Of a DNA stretch of 64,000 bases, positions 15,040-31,291 are shown piece after piece. The stretch spans positions 32,364,001 to 32,428,000 of the forward strand of contig OZ024759.1 of NCBI GenBank assembly GCA_964016885.1, written 5' to 3'. The translations under genes were made by a program, and so were the position numbers. The DNA is from Eledone cirrhosa. Its lineage: Eukaryota. The notes beneath the pieces are model-generated. The model saw only the letters and a program-made list of their open reading frames with translations, was not told the origin of the DNA and searched no databases. Numbering within the stretch: the stretch's first letter is position 1; each line of letters begins with the position of its first letter.

Positions 15040-16266
15040 ATTTTGTTTTTATCTTTCTGTTTCATACTTATGTAATCATCAATGGTTTTTAAGCCCGGTT
15101 TGAAAACATTTATAATATTGCCTATGGTTGTAAAAGACATGCAAGGAAATGAAGTCAATAAATTCCACCATAATTTTTTACGAGTATGATTGAGGAGATT
15201 ATCGGTTACAATCCACAACAATTATATTAAACATATGTCAACAGAGAGGAGCATTGGAAAGATATAGATTTATTGTGTATGCGCCATTTTCATCTTTAAA
15301 AATAAAATCAACGACAACGACTTCCGTATCCACAACAGTACCATTATCATTGCCAACAACAACAACAACATCACCAACATCACCAACAGCCACAACAACA
15401 AGAACAGCAACATCGCCAAAAACAACACCAACATCATCACCACCAACAACAACAATAACCACAACAATATCACCACCACAAGAACACTACCAACACCAAC
15501 ATCGTCAACAGTACCATTACCACCAACACCACAAGAACACTCTCACAACCAACAACAACAACAACAACACTTCCACCAACAACAACAACAACATCACCAC
15601 CACCACCAACAACAACAACAACAACATCACCATCATCATCAACAACAACAACATCACTTCCACCTCCACAAGAACAACAACATCACTACAAACACCACAA
15701 GAACACTCTCACCACCACCACCACCAACATCACCACCACCACCACCATCATCATCAACAACAACATCACCACCACCACCACCACCATCATCATCAACAAC
15801 AACAACAACAGAAGCTTCAATAACGACCCTCAACAAAATACGCCTCACGCACTCATCACCTTACACCGCCTATTACGAAGCTTTCAATGACAAAGGTTTT
15901 CCTAACAAAAGGCCTCCAGTAGTAATAACTACGTGAAGCAGTCTTCTTTTTTTTTTCCTCTTATTTTTTCCTATTTCTTCTTATTTTTCTTATTTTTTCT
16001 TATTTTTTCTTATTTTTTTTTATTTTTTCTTATTTTTTAAATATTTTTTTTCTTCTTTTCTTTTTTCGTATTTAATTGAATATAAAAAAATAAATAAATA
16101 AACTTGGATGAAAACTGAATAAGATTTATGAGCGGGATATTGTAAAATATCTTATGGAAAATTTCCATAGTGTTGTTGAACAAACTATTGTGAGTTTTGC
16201 ATATTCTGATTGTATGGAAATATATATTGTATTATATACGTATTATATTATATATATGTATGTACG

Positions 16267-16336
<70 letters not shown>

Positions 16337-16363
16337 CGTATGTATATACATGTATGTATGTTC

Positions 16364-16413
<50 letters not shown>

Positions 16414-16417
16414 ATAC

Positions 16418-16481
<64 letters not shown>

Positions 16482-16493
16482 ATGTGTGTGTGT

Positions 16494-16527
<34 letters not shown>

Positions 16528-16544
16528 ATACATATATATATATA

Positions 16545-16598
<54 letters not shown>

Positions 16599-16719
16599 TG
16601 TGTATAAATATTTATAACTCTACACACACACACACATATATATATATATACATATATATATATACATATATATATATACACACACACACATATATATATA
16701 TATACATATATATATACAT

Positions 16720-16767
<48 letters not shown>

Positions 16768-16771
16768 GTAT

Positions 16772-16860
<89 letters not shown>

Positions 16861-16958
16861 TAAATCTGTTGATACAATTGATATAAATCACTTTCTATAA
16901 AATGCAAATGACAACGGAGAGAATATTACTCACTCCTCTTCCTTTTCTTCTTCTTCCT

Positions 16959-16995
<37 letters not shown>

Positions 16996-17950
16996 CCATT
17001 ATCATCCTCATCTTCACCATTATCATCATCACCATCATCACCACCATTATCATCATCATCACCATCACCATCATCATCACCACCATCATCACATCATCAC
17101 CATCATCACCACCATCATCACCATCATCATCATCTCCATCACCATCACCATCTCCATCAACATCACCATCACCATCGTCATTACGACCATCCTCATCACC
17201 ATCACCTCCATCACCATCACCATCACCATCATCTCCATCATCGTCATCATCATCATCATCATCATCGTCATCACCATTATTGTTGCTGTTGTTGCTGTAG
17301 GTGTCTATTAGATGATCACGTATCATAGAGGATCTCTTCGGAGATATTTTTTTTCCTTTCAGAAATACATCATGGAGGAGGGGCGGGGGTATAGTAGAGT
17401 AGGGGGGGGGGGGGTTATTATTATTTTTGTTGTTATTATTATTGTTGCTGTTGTTGTTGTTGTATGTATTTTTTTTTTAATCATCTGGGTTCTTTTGTAT
17501 GGCCTGCGGAGTAATACAATTCCAGCCTCATTACCTGACATTTTATTGTGTACATAGATTTTTTGGCAAACATCTTTAATATTGCCTTGTGTATTGATAA
17601 AATGTTAAAATGGCGAATTGGTAGAGTCTTTAGAAAGTCGGATAGAATGATTTGTGGTAATTATTTCGGCTCTCTGCTCTCTGAATTCAAATTCCGCCGA
17701 AATCAACGTTGCCTATCATCCATTCAAGGATCTATAAAAAGAAAGTACCAGTTTAGTACTGGTGTCGATTCTTCCTCTATATCTCTATCTCTTTCTCTCA
17801 CTTTCTAACTTTCTTTGGAAGAAATCTGTTGGATTCAGACCAGGAGAGGAGATAAAAAGGTCGATAAAAAAAGTTCCAGCCTAATACTGGGGTCGATTCT
17901 TCTTGTACGTATATCTCTTTCTCATATATATATATTGTTATATGTTGTTA

Positions 17951-18136
17951 AGGGCGGTGGATTGGCAGTATCGGTAGAGGGTCGAACGCCATGCTTTGCA
18001 CCATAGTTACGTCCCTTTACGATCTGAGTTCAAATCCCGCCGAGGTTGACTTTGCCTTTCATCCTTACGGGGTCGATAAAGTAAAGTACCAGTAATGCAC
18101 TGGGTAACTGCTGGCCTTGTGCCTAAAGTAGAAACA
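17951..18136 (+). mobile_element. tRNA-derived SINE family 1, full length with 14-bp TSD
   Basis: A box (tggattggcagt) and B box (gagttcaaatcc); central gcctttcatcc..ggggtcgataaa; TSD gttatatgttgtta at 17937 and 18137. Other copies near 14750-14930, 17610-17770, 22291-22440, 25947-26328 (x2), 32200-32345, 35025-35165, 38325-38512, 57773-57951. Confidence 0.85.
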
Positions 18137-18337
18137 GTTATATGTTGTTATATTTGGGGATGGTCAGGCTGCTAGTATTTCCAATAAAAATAAACACACG
18201 CACCATATGATTTTCACTTTTCCACTCTATCTTTACTACTAGTTATTCGTTAGTTCGTCAAAGTGTGTATATATATATATATATATATATGTATATACGA
18301 TATTAACAAATGGAAACTATATTTATAAAACCATATT

Positions 18338-18402
18338 TATTTCATTATACATATTTCAAGGACACCAAGTTAAATTATGGTGTGCTTTCATCAGATAAAA
18401 TA
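18338..18402 (-). ncRNA. Hammerhead motif, family B
   Basis: tattttat CTGATGA aagc-acacca..tggtgt-cctt GAAA tatgta TA atgaaata. Confidence 0.68.
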
Positions 18403-18573
18403 TAATATAGAGCAATTTTATAAATAAATATTGACATACCCTTAAAGAATGCATTCATTACTGTTGGAAGCTCCCGGTTAGGCCAATTATTTTACTCCAA
18501 TTATTTGTTGAGTGCTTTATATCAGTTATAAAAATATGTGCTTGTTGTATCCCAACAAATTAAATATAACTTT

Positions 18574-18620
<47 letters not shown>

Positions 18621-19539
18621 TATATGTGCACTCTATGCAATATATATTTACACTATATACACACTATATGTGATGTTGTCCAAGGGAAAAGCAATGTGGC
18701 CGATACAGTTGGCTCCAGTGACGTCTCAACACACACACACACACACATATATAGACACTATATGTGATGTTGTCCAAGGGAAAGGCAATATGGCCGATAC
18801 AGCGTGGCACCAGAGATGTCGCAACTCATTTCTACAGCTGAGTAAACTGGAGCAACATGAAATAAAGTTTCTGGCTCAAGGACACACCGCATCGCCCGGT
18901 CCGGGAATCGAACTCACAACCTCCCGATTGCAAGCCTGACGATCTAACTACAAGATCATGCGCCTTCATTAGGTCATGACCTTTTAATATTTTATTGTCA
19001 CACGTTTAATAGTCACTGCTGTTACTGTTACTGCCATTAATGTCATCTCTTTTGTAATCTATTAGATCGTTTAATATTTCAGTTTGTGAAAATGCTATTA
19101 GGATATAACTAATTTATCTCTTTTAATTAGCTCTCATTAATTTTTTATGGGGGGGGGGGTGTAATCCCGTAACGAATTTTACGATTTTATTAATTAGTTT
19201 TAATGTCATGTCATTTATGTAGAATTAATTGTCTTATATTAATCATGTCACCAATTATTATAATAGTTTAATTCTCTTAATAGGTGACAAGATTCCATAT
19301 CTCATTCGTTTAACGACTTGGGGAGTGACTCATTAAATCGCACCAAGGAAACAATGTTTCCATTAGTCTTTCCATTACTGAGACTATCTATAGGTTGCAT
19401 CTCCTGGCTCATAATAAACATAAACACTTTAAAACGATCAGTTTCATTTTGTAAAATAAAACAGGTAGTTTTAGATATAAACACCTTAAAATATATAGTT
19501 TTGTATCATAGAAACAAAGATGGTTGCGGTTGTTTTTAC

Positions 19540-20432
19540 AGGTTTCTCTCGTGTTTTAATGATAGAGGTCTCAGTCCTAACATGTTGTTGATGTTACAGT
19601 TCCTTCCCACAAGCTTACATCTCATAGGAGGTTTCTTAGGTGTTTTAATGATAGAGATCCCAGTCCTAACATGTTGATGTCATACCACACACCTATGTAA
19701 GTTTACCCGGCTTCTCACAAGGTTACATCTCATAGGAGGTTTCCTGAGTGTTTTTATGATAGCGGGCCCCAGTCATATTATATTGTTGTTAGTGTTTACA
19801 CCTATGTAAGTTTAGCTGGCCTCTTATGAGGTTGCATTTCATAGTAGATTTCTTAAGTGCTTTGATGATAGAGGGCCCCAGTCCTTACATATTGTTGGTG
19901 TTATACCTCACACCTCTGTAGATTTATCTGGCTCCCTCCCTGCGAGATTACATCTTATAGTAGGTTTCTCGGAAGTTCTAATGATAGAGGGCTCAGTCCT
20001 GTAATTTTGTTGATATTACAGCTCGCACGTATCTAGGCTTAGCTGGCCCCCTACAAAATTGTATATCATAGGATGTTTCAACAGTCTTATCATGTTGATA
20101 TTACAGCTCGCACGTATCTAGGCTTAGCTGGCCCCCTACAAAATTGTATCTCATAGGAGGTTTCAACAGCTTATCATGTTACTGCTCACACCTATCTAGG
20201 TTTAGCTGGCCTTTTCTGAGGTTGTATCATATCGGAGGATAGGAACCCTGTCCTGGCATGTTGCTGATGTAGGTTTAACTGACTTCCTACAAAGTTATAT
20301 CTTATAGGAGTGTTTTAATGATAGAAACCCCAGTCCTATAATGCTGTTGTTCTTACAGCTTACACCTATGAAGATTCCGCTGGCCCTCAAGGTTTCATCT
20401 CAAAGCCGGTTTCTCGGGTGTTCTAATGATAC
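19540..20432. repeat. Old diverged tandem repeat (~80-115-bp units)
   Basis: Recurring gtttc..gtgttttaatgatagag..cagtcct..tgttg..cacct.t.ta.gttta.ctggc..catctcataggag. Confidence 0.7.
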
Positions 20433-21104
20433 TCGCCCTCAGTACTATGTGTTTTCGTCAAAATCCCAACACGTCGCCAGACCCTGGAATCGAATTCACG
20501 ACCTTATGATCGTCAGTCTTACACCCTAACCACTGGGCCACACATTTCCACTAATCACCAATTAATGGATACTTTTGATTAGTAAAACCAGTGAAATGAA
20601 CCTCAAAAAAATCATTATAAATATTGATTGATTGAATACACTACTAATTACATCTCGATATTAAATAATTAATTAAAATTTTCCTTGTTTTCTTTTGGCC
20701 TTTGATTTTTTTTTTTTCAATTTTAGAATTTATTTTATTTTGATAATTTTTTTCGTTTTTTGTTATGTTTTGCGATGGTGTAAAACTTTAAAAAAATTAA
20801 AATAAAAGTAAAAAAAAAAACTGCTTCAGTTATAGAAGAAGTAATTGTCTTTCTAAGTTAATTAGCGAGTTATATCAATTTGTAATATAATTAGCACGGA
20901 TCAGCAACTTAGTAGGTAATCTTAAGTATCACGCAAGTGAAATAAATAAATGAAAACATCGGCAACAATCGGAAATAATCGGCAATGAATTAAAACTGAA
21001 TGTTTTAGTAATTACTAAATGTAAAGTCTGGATGGTTTATTAGTCAAATATGAAAGAAAATTGTTGATAATTGGTTTTATCAGTGCCTAATTGTAAAGAA
21101 TGAA

Positions 21105-22276
21105 CGCGCGTGGCTTAGTAGTTGGAGTGTTGGGCTTGCAATTGTAAAGTTGTGAGTTCGATTTCCGGACCAGGTGATGTGTTGTGTCCTTGAGCAAGAC
21201 ACTTTATTTCACGTTGCTCCAGTTCACACAGCTGTAGAAATGAGTTGCGACGTCACTTGTGCCAAGCTGTGTCGATCAGTGCTTTTCCCTTTGGACAACC
21301 TCATATATAGTGTATATATAGAGTATAGAGTGTATATATAGAGTATAGAGTGTATATATAGAGTATAGAGTGTATATATTGAGTATAGAGTGTATATAGA
21401 GAGTACAGAGTGTATATATTGAGTATAGAGTGTATATATTGAGTGTAGAGTGTATATATAGAGTATAGAGTGTATATATAGAGTATAGAGTGTATATATT
21501 GAGTGTAGAGTGTATATATAGAGTATAGAGTGTATATATAGAGTATAGAGTGTATATATAGAGTATAGAGTGTATATATAGAGTATATATAGTATATATA
21601 GAGTATAGAGTGTATATATAGAGTACAGAGTGTATATATTGAGTATAGAGTGTATATATAGAGTATAGAGTGTATATATAGAGTATAGAGTGTATATATT
21701 GAGTATAGAGTGTATATATTGAGTATAGAGTGTATATATAGAGTATAGAGTGTATATATAGAGTATAGAGTGTATATATTGAGTATAGAGTGTATATATT
21801 GAGTGTAGAGTGTATATATAGAGTATAGAGTGTATATATAGAGTATAGAGTGTATATATAGAGTATATATAGTATATATAGAGTATAGAGTGTATATATA
21901 GAGTACAGAGTGTATATATAGAGTATAGAGTGTATATATAGAGTATAGAGTGTATATATTGAGTGTAGAGTGTATATATAGAGTATAGAGTGTATATATA
22001 GAGTATAGAGTGTATATATAGAGTATATATAGTATATATAGAGTATAGAGTGTATATAGAGTATATATTGTCCCGTCACTGGTGCCAAGCTGTATGGGCC
22101 TTTGTCTTTCCCTTGGACAACATTGGTGGCGTGGAGAGGGGAGAGACTGGTATGTATGGGCGACTGCTGGTCTTCCTCAAACAAACTTGCCCACACTTGT
22201 ACCACGGAGAGGCACTTTCTAGGTGAAAATCCCATGGTCCTTCATGACCGAAGGAAGTTTTTACCTCTTACCCTTT
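21105..22276 (+). mobile_element. tRNA-derived SINE family 2, split by a minisatellite; second copy at 18670-18965 (-)
   Basis: gtggcttagtagtt..gagttcgattt head; gtgttgtgtccttgagcaagacactt central domain; resumes at about 22075. Confidence 0.75.
21307..22066. repeat. 20-bp minisatellite (GAGTATAGAGTGTATATATA), ~38 copies
   Basis: Exact 20-nt register visible across lines. Confidence 0.95.
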
Positions 22277-23460
22277 TATTTGTGAAGGATAGGCGGCGAA
22301 TTGGCAGAGTCGTTAGAACATCGGATAGAATGTTTTACGGTATTCGTTTCTCTAAGTTCAAATCCCGTCGAGGTCAACTTTGCCTTTCATCCATTCGACG
22401 TCAATAAAGAAAATACCAGTATGGAACTGGGGTCGATTCTTCCTCTATATCTCTTTCTCACATACATACATACATTCTCCCATTTTCTATCATTCTTTTG
22501 GGATAAATCTGCTGTATTCGAACCTGGAGAGGTGATGGGCTCCGTCAGGTTAAAAAATGCCCTAGAAACGCCGTATGTCAATATGGTGCCTGTACGACCA
22601 AAAGTACCAGTCAAGTAATGTGGTCGATTCTTTCCCCACCTTTCTCTCTCTATCTCACTCGCTCTTTCTCTCTGTGATTCAATGGTTAGTCACCAGAGGG
22701 CGCTTGAACGAAGTTAAGCTTTCATGGGGGACTAAGCATCAATTGCAAAATGAAGCTAAACCACTAAATATAAGGTTGATGGTGCAGATGGTGCATCTTA
22801 CCCTCTAGTGCAGCCAACAACGTCTAACCAAGTCAAACAATCACAGGAAGGGAACCATCGTGAATGAGCCAAGCCACTATATATAAGGTAATTCAGCAGA
22901 AGGCGCCACCAACCAACCAACGGAGTAAACAGACAATCAAACTAGCTAGCAAATAAATATATGTGTGTTACAGCAAGACAGACAATGTAACAACTTTGAG
23001 AATATTTAATAAAGAAATATTCTTTGAAGAGAGAATAAACCAGAGACAAATCAACAACAGCAACAGAGGTAAAAATAGAAATGGAATGAAAGTAAATAAA
23101 CAAAATGGCCGCTAAAATCCCCGCTCACAGCAATCCAATCTCCATTTCCCTAAGTCATTTTCTAACAACACTGTAATTAGTTTCACTGAAAATAATGGAA
23201 GGTGTGAATTTAGTACTGTAGGTAGTGGTGGAAGTGGTGGTGGTGGTGGTTTGGAGATAGTAGTCGTAGTGGTGGTGGTGGTGGTGGTGGTGGTGGTGGT
23301 GGTGGCGGTTTGGTGGAAGTGGTGGCGGTTTGGTGTTGGTAATATTCGTAGTGGTGGTGGTGTTATTGGTGTTATTGACCGTCGTTGTCGTTCTACTTGT
23401 TTAATATGGCACTCCCCACTGTTTGCAGACATATCATATACCAGAGAATATATGAATATA

Positions 23461-23518
<58 letters not shown>

Positions 23519-23561
23519 AGAGTATTGAAGTTTGCTTGAAGCATTGTGGAATAATAAATAA

Positions 23562-23961
<400 letters not shown>

Positions 23962-23990
23962 TGTGTGTAAGGGAGAGGGGTTATGTATGT

Positions 23991-24672
<682 letters not shown>

Positions 24673-24756
24673 CATATATATATATATATATATGTATGTA
24701 TATGTGTGTATGTGTGTGTGTGTATGTATGTATGTATATATATATGTATGCATGTG

Positions 24757-24787
<31 letters not shown>

Positions 24788-24791
24788 ATGC

Positions 24792-24874
<83 letters not shown>

Positions 24875-24877
24875 CAC

Positions 24878-24923
<46 letters not shown>

Positions 24924-25035
24924 CACATTTATATATAGCTAATTGGTTGTCGAAACTAGAACCAAATGTAACTAACGTAGTTTTAAATCCCCAAACCCCA
25001 GTTCTCATTTTACTTGAAGCTGTCACCAACTATCA

Positions 25036-25069
<34 letters not shown>

Positions 25070-25303
25070 TTATATATATATATATGCATGTACATACATA
25101 TATACTCACGTGCGCATATATACATAAATATATATATATATATATAAATATATATATATGTGTGTGTGTGTGTGCGTGTTTATGTGTGTGTGTATGTATG
25201 GGCATGTGTATGTGTGCAAAAGGCAACTGGAAACAACAAAGCAAACGACACAGTACAATGAAGAAATATATTATTAGTTTTACGCTTGATATAGTATATA
25301 TAC

Positions 25304-25457
<154 letters not shown>

Positions 25458-26344
25458 TTATGTATAATATGGCACCAGGTGCGATGTAAATCGATAACAT
25501 ATATTCAAAATCTTTACTCACGTCGCTAAATTTTGCACGAAAACATATTTTTGTAGACGTTCAATATATTCAGATATCTACTAAAGACGTGATTCTTTGA
25601 TGTAGAGATCATGTGTGTATATCCGGGCCTGTAACTTGTGATGGAGTCGTAGGAGGCGCCACTATAGCATATTGCATGTCTGGGGGTATTTGAAACCGGG
25701 AGACACCAATCCCATTTTCCTGGTGAGAAAACAGGCGATTTATTTCAAGTGTATGAGAGAGAAATGAAGTGAGATGTAGAAGATGGAGAATATGTAGAGA
25801 AATACTAGACACCAGAATTTGACTGGCTCCTTTGTTATCAACCAGGAAAGGATGAAAAGTAAAGTTGACGTCAGCAGGATTTGAACTCATATATATACAC
25901 ATATATAATGTGTGAGGAGTGTATATATATATATATATATATATATAATTGTTTCTACTTTTGGCACAAGCCCAGCAATTACCCAGTGTATTACTGGTAC
26001 TTTATTTTATCGACCCCGTAAGGATGAAAGGCATAGTTAACCTTGGCGGGATTTGAACTCAGAATGGCAAGGGCCGTAACTCTATGCGTCAAAGCATGGC
26101 GTCCGACCCTCTACCGATACTGCCAATCTCCCGCCTATATATATATATATATAATTGTTTCTACTTTTGGCACAAGCCCAGCAATTACCCAGTGCATTAC
26201 TGGTACTTTATTTTATCGACCCCGGAAGGATGAAAGGCAAAGTTAACCTCGGCGGGATTTGAACTCAGATCATACAGGGAGGTAACTCTATGCTTCAAAG
26301 CATGGCGCCCGACCCTCTACCGATACTGTGAGGAGTGTATACAA

Positions 26345-26417
<73 letters not shown>

Positions 26418-26761
26418 GTGTGAGGAGTGCATACATACATATATATATATATATGGTGGCTGCCAACTCGTTTTCGAGTACGGCCACTACTTTATATCCA
26501 TGTAGGAGAACCCCTACCGATGCGCTGAACGAGTGTGACTTTTTAGTCCAGCCAGCGACTTGAAAACTCTGGTACAAACACTACACTTGTGACAATTATT
26601 GACATAGGACTAAAAACAAAACCTGCCAAAGGGCAAAGGAGCTCTTAAGTGTCAATGGCCATCCAAAATCACCGGGAGAGATGACCCCTTAGCCTTTGTC
26701 AAGGCAGAATTCTAGGAGAAGGAAAACTCTGATATAACACCTGCAACTCTGATGGTATCCA

Positions 26762-26792
<31 letters not shown>

Positions 26793-26803
26793 CATGCATA
26801 CAT

Positions 26804-26887
<84 letters not shown>

Positions 26888-27201
26888 CTGTTTCTACTTT
26901 TGGCACAAGGCCAACAATTATCCCAATACATTACTGGTACTTCATTTTATCGACTTAAAAGAAGACTTGGTGTTATACTGCGGCCGGTATCCTTCATAAG
27001 CAGACATTTAATATATATATAGATAATATATATATAATACATAGTATATATTTATATATATACATATTATATCTAATTTACATAGAATGTATATACATAA
27101 TATATATATAATACATATTATATATATATAAATCTCTATATATATAGAGAGAGATATATATAGATATATATGTATACATATATATACATATATATATGCA
27201 T

Positions 27202-27278
<77 letters not shown>

Positions 27279-27771
27279 TATACATATATATACACACATA
27301 TATATACATATATATACATATATATATATATATACACACATATATATACATATATATACATATATACATATATACATGTATACATATGCGCTGAGGTGGG
27401 CAGCCGCAGGTGTGAGCCACGGGAGTTGGAGTGGCTTTTCCAGCGCGTCTCCCCTGTCGTCCTCCGGGGAAAGCCTTCTCCATTGTGTCCGCCGGGGCTG
27501 TGGGTGGGCCCCATCGCATACCAATACATTAGTTAAATACCATTCTTTCATCTGATATATCTCTAAATTATATTCTTTAATTATCATATTCGTATCTTGA
27601 ACGCATATATATATATATGTATACATATATAGTGTATATATAGTGTATATATATAGTGTATATATATTGTGTATATATATAGTGTATATATATAGTGTAT
27701 ATATATATGTATATATACATATATAGTTACGAAACATAAGTCAATTGCATGAACTCATAATCCTTTATTTG

Positions 27772-27826
27772 CTGCTATATATATTTCAATGATAGCCATT
27801 GAATGGCTATGACCTCATCAGGCAGT
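27772..27826 (-). ncRNA. Hammerhead motif, family C, in a longer copy (27729-28080)
   Basis: Reverse-complement copy of the 12463 motif. The upstream minus-strand frame reads ...GTIVILPDGLN. Confidence 0.68.
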
Positions 27827-28199
27827 TAGTCAGTTCTTAGATATGCCAGCTCTGTGTTTATAGTGTTGGTGGTATCAGAGCCTTGGGACATATGAGCTTG
27901 TTAGGGATAATTTAATGTTGTCAGCAGGAATAGTCTTGATTCTCATTGGTCAGTTTGTAGATGGTAGTAGGGTTGGTATTTGACCTCAAAGAGGCAGGTG
28001 GTGTTGTAAAGTTCAAACCGTCAGGTAAGATGACAATAGTTCCACATGACTGATTTTCCCAAAAGGCATTCCTGGTCAGATATATATTGAATTAAAGTTA
28101 ATAGTATGAATAGATATATATATATATATATAGTGGTGGAACACTGGAAGGTAATATCCGTAGTGGTAGAGCACTCAGTCCATAGGACGAGTTAGGTAG

Positions 28200-28351
28200 A
28201 AGTGGTTACACAAGAGTTAGTTCACCATACCGAGAACAATTGTTTCACCTTAGCGGATCTTCAGCCCGGAATCATCAGATTCCCAGCTGAAGATCCGCTA
28301 AGGTGAAACAATTGTTCTCGGTATGGTGAACTAACTCTTGTGTAACCACTT
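28200..28351. mobile_element. Fold-back element with two back-to-back hammerhead motifs (family D)
   Basis: Perfect ~66-bp arms, each carrying CTGAAGA t-cc-gctaa-gg-t GAAA caattg TT ctcgg. Confidence 0.65.
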
Positions 28352-28439
28352 ATATATATATATAATATGAAATACCTTTTTGAACATTTACAATATATTC
28401 AGATGTTTGCTAGCATCATCTTCCTTGTTCCGTGTTCAA

Positions 28440-28549
28440 AATAAATGATGCTATATACATTAAAATATACATTATATTATACGACCATAAATGATTATAT
28501 ATAGTCGTATAATAGAATGTATATTTTAATGTATATAGCATCATTTATT
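28440..28549. repeat. AT-rich hairpin, ~45-bp arms
   Basis: aataaatgatgctatatacattaaaatatacatt... / ...aatgtatattttaatgtatatagcatcatttatt. Confidence 0.75.
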
Positions 28550-28577
28550 CACTACGCATCGTCGCGTTTAAATTTTA

Positions 28578-28648
<71 letters not shown>

Positions 28649-28695
28649 ATGTATTTCTTTATGGATTAAATATGTACACACACATACACTCATAC

Positions 28696-28740
<45 letters not shown>

Positions 28741-28983
28741 CAATATACATTTATTGAAAATATAACATGCGTATGTATAATGTTTATTTAATTAAGTAAA
28801 GAAATCAATCCCATGGCTAGAAATAATATATATATATATATATTAGAAAGTGAGGTTTTTTTCAAATTACATTTTTTTTTAAAAAAGCCATCGTGAGCCC
28901 CTTTTTTTATGTAAAAAGTAATTCAAACACTCATATATGAAAAAACAATCATGGATATGTCTTTATTTATAAAACACACTTTG

Positions 28984-29048
28984 TATTTTATCTGATGAAA
29001 GCGCACCAAGATTGGCTTGGGCGCCCTTGAAATATATATAATAAAATA
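28984..29048 (+). ncRNA. Hammerhead motif, family B
   Basis: tattttat CTGATGA aagcgcaccaag-attgg-cttgggcgccctt GAAA tatata TA ataaaata; 8-bp stem I. Confidence 0.72.
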
Positions 29049-29096
29049 AATATGGTTTTATAAATATAGTTTCCATTTATTTAATATCCTGGTATA

Positions 29097-29174
<78 letters not shown>

Positions 29175-29270
29175 AAGGTTAAACAGGGTTCAATGAATAA
29201 ATCAAAGAATGAGTTGTACAATAGATTGGAAGCAAAATATTAACAAAATAGATATTCTTGTGATCAAGTA

Positions 29271-29337
29271 TATTTTATTATACATATTTCAGAGGTACTG
29301 GGTTAACTTCAACAGTACGTCCTCATCAGATAAAATA
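29271..29337 (-). ncRNA. Hammerhead motif, family B
   Basis: tattttat CTGATGA ggac-gtactg..cagtac-ctct GAAA tatgta TA ataaaata. Confidence 0.7.
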
Positions 29338-29425
29338 AGATGATGGATGACATACCCTGATATAGTAGATGGTTAAGATTCAGTCATGGTACTACCATGA
29401 CTGAATATATAAGCGTGTGTGAGTG

Positions 29426-29483
<58 letters not shown>

Positions 29484-29485
<2 letters not shown>

Positions 29486-29677
29486 GAAAAGAGTCAGGAC
29501 CCCGACGGCTGAGCTCCAGCCGATTCGACAGCTAGGTCTAACCTAGCTGTCGAATCGGCCGGAGCTCAGCCGTCGGGGTCCTGACTCTTTTCCTATTACC
29601 CACTCTATTACCCTAAGTATCGAGTACTCTGGTACGTTATCGTCCGCCTCGTTTCTTACCATACCTTCTTTGTTATA
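29484..29677. mobile_element. Palindromic half-hammerhead element (family I) plus one-sided tail
   Basis: Palindrome 29484-29594. The tail attacccactcta...gagtactct is shared with the 49.9 kb and 61.7 kb copies. Confidence 0.65.
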
Positions 29678-29701
29678 ATATATATATATATATATATATA
29701 T

Positions 29702-29761
<60 letters not shown>

Positions 29762-29764
29762 GAC

Positions 29765-29823
<59 letters not shown>

Positions 29824-29849
29824 CAATATATATATATACACACACAGAC

Positions 29850-29904
<55 letters not shown>

Positions 29905-30030
29905 CAATATATATATATATATACATACAATATATATATATACATACAATATATATATATATATACATACAATATATATATATATATATACGCAGTAAAG
30001 ACCTTATATATATATGTGTGTGTGTGTGTC

Positions 30031-30061
<31 letters not shown>

Positions 30062-30484
30062 GTGTGTCTGTGTGTATGTGTGTGTTCCTGTATTGATCAG
30101 GTTGAAGTATTGAGCCATCTTCAGTTTAAGGTTGGCCCCACATCAAGTGAAACTCTCTCTAAAATAACTTCCCGATAATAAATAAGAGATAGGAAGATAT
30201 AAGATGTGAACTTTCATCAACAAGATTATCATTACTACTATATATGGTCATGGATGGGGCCGGGTTAATGACGTAAGCCGACCACCACAACCGCACCTGT
30301 AACCTCACCGCCACAATCACAACCCCCCTCAAACCATGTCATCAATACCTCCACAGTCACATGACCACCACGCCACTACGCCATCAATATATTCACCATT
30401 GAAGAGGGTGTCATCAAAAGGAAGCGTAAATTTTCCTGTTTTTTGCGCATATTATAGAATTTAAGATCCTGATGCTGCTAATCA

Positions 30485-30538
<54 letters not shown>

Positions 30539-30543
30539 TTATA

Positions 30544-30620
<77 letters not shown>

Positions 30621-30625
30621 TTATA

Positions 30626-30662
<37 letters not shown>

Positions 30663-30667
30663 TTATA

Positions 30668-30738
<71 letters not shown>

Positions 30739-30743
30739 TTATA

Positions 30744-30798
<55 letters not shown>

Positions 30799-30803
30799 TT
30801 ATA

Positions 30804-30879
<76 letters not shown>

Positions 30880-31125
30880 GTATTAGTTATACTATTTATG
30901 GTTATGTAAATACAAAGCCTTAAGCAGTTGTAAGTATTTTACACACACCCTAAATAGTGGTAGGCAGTAACGTATTACTACCTTATTACCAGTAAGTTAA
31001 GTAGCTCAATGTAAAAACATCAGATGATTTACAGAGCAGTTATATGAAATATAAGAATCAAAGAACTGTTCAAAACATTATTGTGCTTACAGCTGTTTCC
31101 TCCAATATATATATATGTGTGTATA

Positions 31126-31217
<92 letters not shown>

Positions 31218-31253
31218 TATATATATATGTATATACATATATATATTTATATA

Positions 31254-31291
<38 letters not shown>

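Noticed and set aside
15254-15823. 189-aa T/N/H/Q-rich ORF
   Set aside because: Entirely a (CAA)/(CAC)/(CAT) tract with no domain or exon partners.
17951-21170. tRNA genes at SINE heads
   Set aside because: A and B boxes are present but there is no cloverleaf, and the heads continue into SINE body and tail.
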